A stretch of 64,000 nucleotides of DNA, from NCBI RefSeq assembly GCF_009914755.1, contig NC_060925.1; one strand, written 5' to 3'. The position numbers were made by a program, and so were the translations under genes. The notes under the pieces were generated by a model. That model saw only the letters and a list, made by a program, of their open reading frames with translations. It ran no database searches and was not told the origin of the DNA. Positions 58,227 to 64,000 of the stretch are shown piece after piece (position 1 is the first letter of the stretch; every line of letters starts with the position of its first letter). Origin of the DNA: the human T2T-CHM13v2.0 reference genome, Homo sapiens.

Positions 58227-58270
58227 CAGCCCACCTTGGCAGCCCCAACAGCCCACCTTGGCAGCCCCAA
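58227..58270. repeat. Perfect 22-bp tandem duplication
   Basis: cagcccaccttggcagccccaa occurs twice. Confidence 0.9.
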
Positions 58271-58412
58271 CCACACAAAAGGCTATAGCTTAAGTTGGAA
58301 ACTTTTATTATTACACGGGGCTTGACATTTTAATTTCTAAATTGGGGCAGAGTTTGACAACTTAACATGACCCGAAAGACTTACCTAAGAGTGAATACAA
58401 AGTCAGAAGACT

Positions 58413-58676
58413 GGCTGGGTGCGGTGGCTCATGCCTGTAATCCCAACACTTTGGGAGGCCAAGGTGGGTGGACCACCTGAGGTCAGGAGTTTGAGACCAG
58501 CCTAGCCAACATGACAAAACCCCATCTCTACTAAAAATACAAAAATTAGCCAGGCTTGGTGGTGCATGCCGGTAATTCCAGCTACTTGGGAGGCTGAGGC
58601 AAGAGAATCGCTGCCATTGCACTCCAGCCTGGGTGACAGAGCGAGACTCCGTCCCAAAAAAAAAAAAAAAAAAAAG
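58413..58676 (+). mobile_element. Alu with a deletion in the right arm
   Basis: gagaatcgct joins directly to gccattgcactccagc; TSD aaagtcagaagact. Confidence 0.9.
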
Positions 58677-59039
58677 AAAGTCAGAAGACTGTGTGATTTT
58701 TTTAATACAGGAGCAGAGGAGGAAATTTTCCAAGGTAAATAAACTTTAAAGGAAAGTGAGAGACAAAATAAGGCACTTCCTGATTATAGCCCTTGAGTAC
58801 TGTGTGTACACCATCCAAGTACCACTCCATATCCACCAAATGGGATCTGTGTCCTGCTTCCCACCTTTTCCCTAATTGTCCCCTGCAAACACTGCTGCAG
58901 ACCACTGCCTTTCCCTGTCAGAGTTCCATCCTTCCATCAAAGACAGCCTTTTCCTTGTCTGCAGATGTTGGCCACCAGTGGTTGGGTCCTTTATGTCTTA
59001 GTCCCACAAACCCACAGCACAGTCCCAGACAGAAAATCT

Positions 59040-59310
59040 TGTTAGAGACTGAGCTATGTTCCTTCAAATTCATATGTTGAAGTCCCAACTGACAGTACCT
59101 CAGAATGTGACTCTATTTGGAGACAGGGCCTTTAAAGAGGGGATTAAGTTAAAATGAAGTCATTACGGCAGGCCCAATCCAATATTACTGGTGTCCTTAG
59201 AAGAAAAGGAGACCAGGAAACGGACACAGAGGGAAGATCACATGAAGACACAGGAAAGAGACAGTCATCTGCAAGCCAAGGACAGTGGCCTTGGAAGAAA
59301 CTAACCCCAT
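59040..59310 (+). mobile_element. MaLR LTR fragment (MLT1B-like)
   Basis: aaattcatatgttgaagtcc...tatttggagacagggcctttaaagagg...catctgcaagccaag. Confidence 0.8.
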
Positions 59311-59375
59311 GAACATCTCCATCAATATTTGCTGAATTGTTTTTGAATAATACAAATCTTAAGTATCATTTTTAA

Positions 59376-59667
<292 letters not shown>

Positions 59668-62627
59668 TAAGTATAATTTTTAATGTCTTCCCAACACTTC
59701 ATTATATGGCCACTTCATATTACATTTAATCAACTCCTACTGTTGAATTTCAGACTGCTTCCAAATTTTCCCTAGTTTAAAGAATGCCTCTATGAATATT
59801 GTTGTTCAGAGTTTTTGGTGTTCAATTGAATTATTTCCTTAGCATAAATTTTCATGAGCAAGATTACTTGTCAAAAGCAAGACTATGTTTATGGCTCTCT
59901 AGGACTATACCAATCTGAAACATTATCAGCACTGAATGAGTTCACCCATTTCCTGAGAGTCTTACCAGACTGGAATTTATCAACTTGAGGTCACTGTAGT
60001 CTGACCCAGGGATGCTGCTTCTTTTCACCTCTTGGGTATTGCTCCTATATTCAGGGGTCTGCCCATCCCCGTTGCCAACACAAACTACCTGCCCAAGTTC
60101 TCATATGTGTCTAAATCCTGATGAAAGTCTCTTTCTCCAGGAAACCTGCCCCACTTTATTCGGCAGGGCTCTGTTCTTTCCTATATTTTCCCTTCCTTCA
60201 CACACTAATCTCTTTGGATTACGCAAACCCCCAAGTTGTTGGGCAATTGTGTACCAGAGAGTAGAGGGAGATGAGAGGCCTTACCAGAAAGATCCTGAAA
60301 TTCTTGCTGATAAGGGCACCTCAGGCTCAAATGTTGAAATGAGAGAAGTAAAAGAGATGTCATCAGATTGTACCTAAGCTAATCAAGTGAGTCATGGTGG
60401 TTGCAAAGTTTGGCCGGGCTTACTGGGGTAGAGGTGAGGAATGGGATGAGGGGAGGTGGTGCCAAATGTCCAGAGTCCAGGTTGCCATTGAAAAGTGATC
60501 ATGATTGGAACCCTGCCGGGAAGGCAGAGACCTGATAGCAGAGGGTTTGGTATCATGCTAATGAGTTCAGATTGTCACTGGAAAGACACAGGGGGCCATG
60601 AAAGGCTTTGAGGCAGGTGAGCTGATCAGTCTTAGACTTTTGTATAGTTGAGATAATGAACTGGCAAGGAGGGATATGAGAAGCAAGAAGGTCTGTTAGG
60701 AGGTTGTTTGTATTTCTCCAGTGGAGAGATGCCCAGGGCTTGAGCTAGGATCTTCAGCTTTTTAATTTGTGTTTGTATTGTCTCCTCAATAAGTGTGGCA
60801 GGCAGGACTCCTGGGGGGAAGAACTGTTTTCTGTTCCTTGTGTCTCTCCCAAGATGGTAGCACCATGCTTGGCACACAGTGCTGTGCACTTAAAGGCTTG
60901 TGAATACGCAGAGCCCTTTCTGGGGTGGAAATATCCAGGGGGTGAGGCAGCCACTGTTCCTCTGGCTTCAGGGAGCTTCCAGTCTGATGTGAGAGATCTA
61001 GAAACCATGGATCATCATCATTCAAAAGGACTTTAGAGAGCATCTAGTCAAACTCCCTCACTTTACAAACGGGAAATTGAGGCTCAGAGGAAGAAAGTAA
61101 CACAAGATTGGAATCCAGATCTCCTGGCTCCTGGTCAAGGAAAGAAGCCATCTCACAGCATTTTTCATGAAGGAGTCATGGTCCCTGCTCTTGGGAAGCT
61201 TCCATCCAGGCAGAAGAAGCCCAGCATCTAGTCAGTTGTAGGGGCAGAATGCAATGTACAGGTGCAGGCACAGACATCAGCACTTAGGTGGGTACAGATA
61301 CAACACAAACTGTAGAGAGCAGATGGGTGGGGGGGGTAAGCAGTGATGGAACATTTACTGTGAGCCAGGCACTGCAATCATGACTTTCACCAAATATGTA
61401 CACAGTCTTCACCATTCATGAATGAGTTGATATGTTTACCCACGTCCACGTAAAAGATGAAGAAACCACAGCTCAGGCTGATAAGAGTCAGAGCCCTGGC
61501 TCAAAACAGGACTGGCCGCTGCCAAAGGCCTTCTCTCACTAGGGCTCCAAGCTGCCTCTGCTGAAGGCGCACAGGGTTGTAGGGTGACAGGATTTGATGT
61601 GGTGGCTGAAGTTCACTTGGTGTGGCAGAACTGGGAAATAAAAAACCTGTGTTGATATTTCCTTTCTAACCCTACCACATAGCAACCATGGGACTTCAGA
61701 AAATAATGAAACCTCTCTCAGCTTCAACGTTCTATAAGATGAGGTTAAATCTGCCCTGCCTAACTTACAGGGTGGTTGAGAGACTTAAACAAGATAATGT
61801 GCTTAATGTGTTTGTGAACCATAAAGAAAGTTCTGGGACAGTGAGAGGGAGCCTGAGATCGGGAGCATTTCCCGAAGACTGGTGGCTATAGCATCGCAGG
61901 GATGGAGACACCAGTTGCATTGAGGTGGAGCCTGCATTGGGATCTCTGAGCAGGACTGACACAGAGCCAGGGTCTGTGCTCCTTGGCTCTATTTTTCATG
62001 CAGTTAAGTACCCCTAAAAACTAAAGCATTTGCCAAATGAGCAACTTCCTTGGGAGCATTTGCTACCCATTGTTTGTAACAAGCCTCTGGAAGCCAGAAC
62101 TGGCTTCTCCATCAGATACAGAGATCATGGCCTTTGGCTCAGTATTCCCAGAGTTCCCAAGAGGAAAAAAAGACACCACGAGTAACATTGGGGAAGTGGG
62201 AGCCTAGAGTAAATGCTGGCTGGGCCACCTGCTATCCATGTGATTTGGGAAAGTCACCATACCTTCTGGAACCCCAGATTCCTCCTTTGTAAATTGGCAG
62301 AGCTCTAGAAGTTCTCTCACTCAATGGGATCGACACTAGTGGTAAGTAGTTTATTTTAAAAAATTAGTTAAAGCCAGACATCATAAAAAATGATATATAT
62401 TTACTTTAAACCTTGAGTTTCAACTTAAAATAGCTAAATGCACATGAATACAGGTCAATCCTTTGATGTAAGGCTGGGCCTTTTGGGTTTGCTGATTAGA
62501 ATCCAAGATGGTTTCCTTCCACAAGCCATGCCAGCAATGCATAGTCAATGATTTCCTCAAAATGAAACCAGAGCTTAAAGACTCTTAAAAATAAATAGAA
62601 AAGTAAAATTCTTTTAGATGCTTATGA

Positions 62628-63006
<379 letters not shown>

Positions 63007-63099
63007 TCCACACCTAATTTAATTGTGAATTTTGAGGGACTCACTTTTACAAGTATTTCCAAAACTTTCAACCCTGTTGTGTTTTTTTTTTTAAGAAAA

Positions 63100-63542
63100 C
63101 ACTATTTACTCTAACAATCAAACCCAGAAATGTATAGCAATTCAAGAACAATGGAAGTTTCTTATTCACATAGAGGCCAAAGCAGGTGCTCCTAATTGAT
63201 GAGTGGCTCTCCTCCAAGCATGATTCAGGGATGTGTAGGCCCTTCATTTTTGGCTCTGCAATCTTCCATATGTGGCTTCCAAGGTTACTGCTTTTGAATG
63301 CATCAAGTGAGAAGAAGGGGAAAGAAAGAGGCGAAGGACGATGAAGGCACACTCGCTCTTAACTAACTACCTCAGCCTGGAAGATAAGAAGTGGAAGCAT
63401 ACCACTTCTGCTCACAGTCCCTTGGTAAGAAAAGTAGAGACATAGTCCCATCCAATGCAAAGGGTTCTGGGAAATGTAGTCCAACTCTGTGCCCAGCAAT
63501 TAGAGGAGACAGGTTTGTGAGGACATAGCCAGTCTCTGCCAC
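63100..63542 (-). mobile_element. MaLR LTR (MLT1J-like)
   Basis: tgattcaggga...ccacttctgctcacagtcccttgg...gggttctgggaaatgtagtcc...ccagtctctgccaca. Confidence 0.7.
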
Positions 63543-63593
63543 ATGAGACTATGCTATCATAGAAAAACTCTCTTTATCTTTGCACTCATTTCA

Positions 63594-63960
<367 letters not shown>

Positions 63961-64000
63961 TTACAATAATAAAAAATTACAAGGTCCATTACTAAAAGCA

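Overview
This is primate, almost certainly human, genomic DNA. It matches the small leucine-rich proteoglycan (SLRP) cluster at 1q32; that identification comes from my recall of the proteins, not from a database search. Two + strand genes can be rebuilt from GT-AG splice sites with consistent reading phases. PRELP (prolargin) has its non-coding exon 1 upstream of the window and a CDS at 6037-7009 + 9556-9731 (382 aa), followed by a long 3'UTR. OPTC (opticin) has a non-coding exon 1 ending at 17070, a CDS in six exons at 18859-26914 (332 aa), and a non-coding last exon from 31839 to about 32060. The remaining ~32 kb is intergenic: Alu, L2, MIR, MaLR and DNA-transposon relics plus minisatellites. 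I found no new protein-coding gene, RNA gene or prokaryote-type system; the other ORFs in the track are best explained as repeat, antisense or GC-content artefacts. The most interesting leads are: (1) a sense solo HERV-H LTR7 that could supply the distal PRELP poly(A) signal, adding an inverted Alu/FLAM pair to the long isoform only, and that also points at OPTC; (2) a strong CTCF motif in a CpG-rich part of the PRELP 3'UTR; (3) ~170-bp direct repeats around the in-frame OPTC exon 6; (4) a Pro268 OPTC allele; (5) a 1-kb CCA-rich repeat in frame with OPTC exon 5; (6) a MADE1 hairpin split by an Alu.
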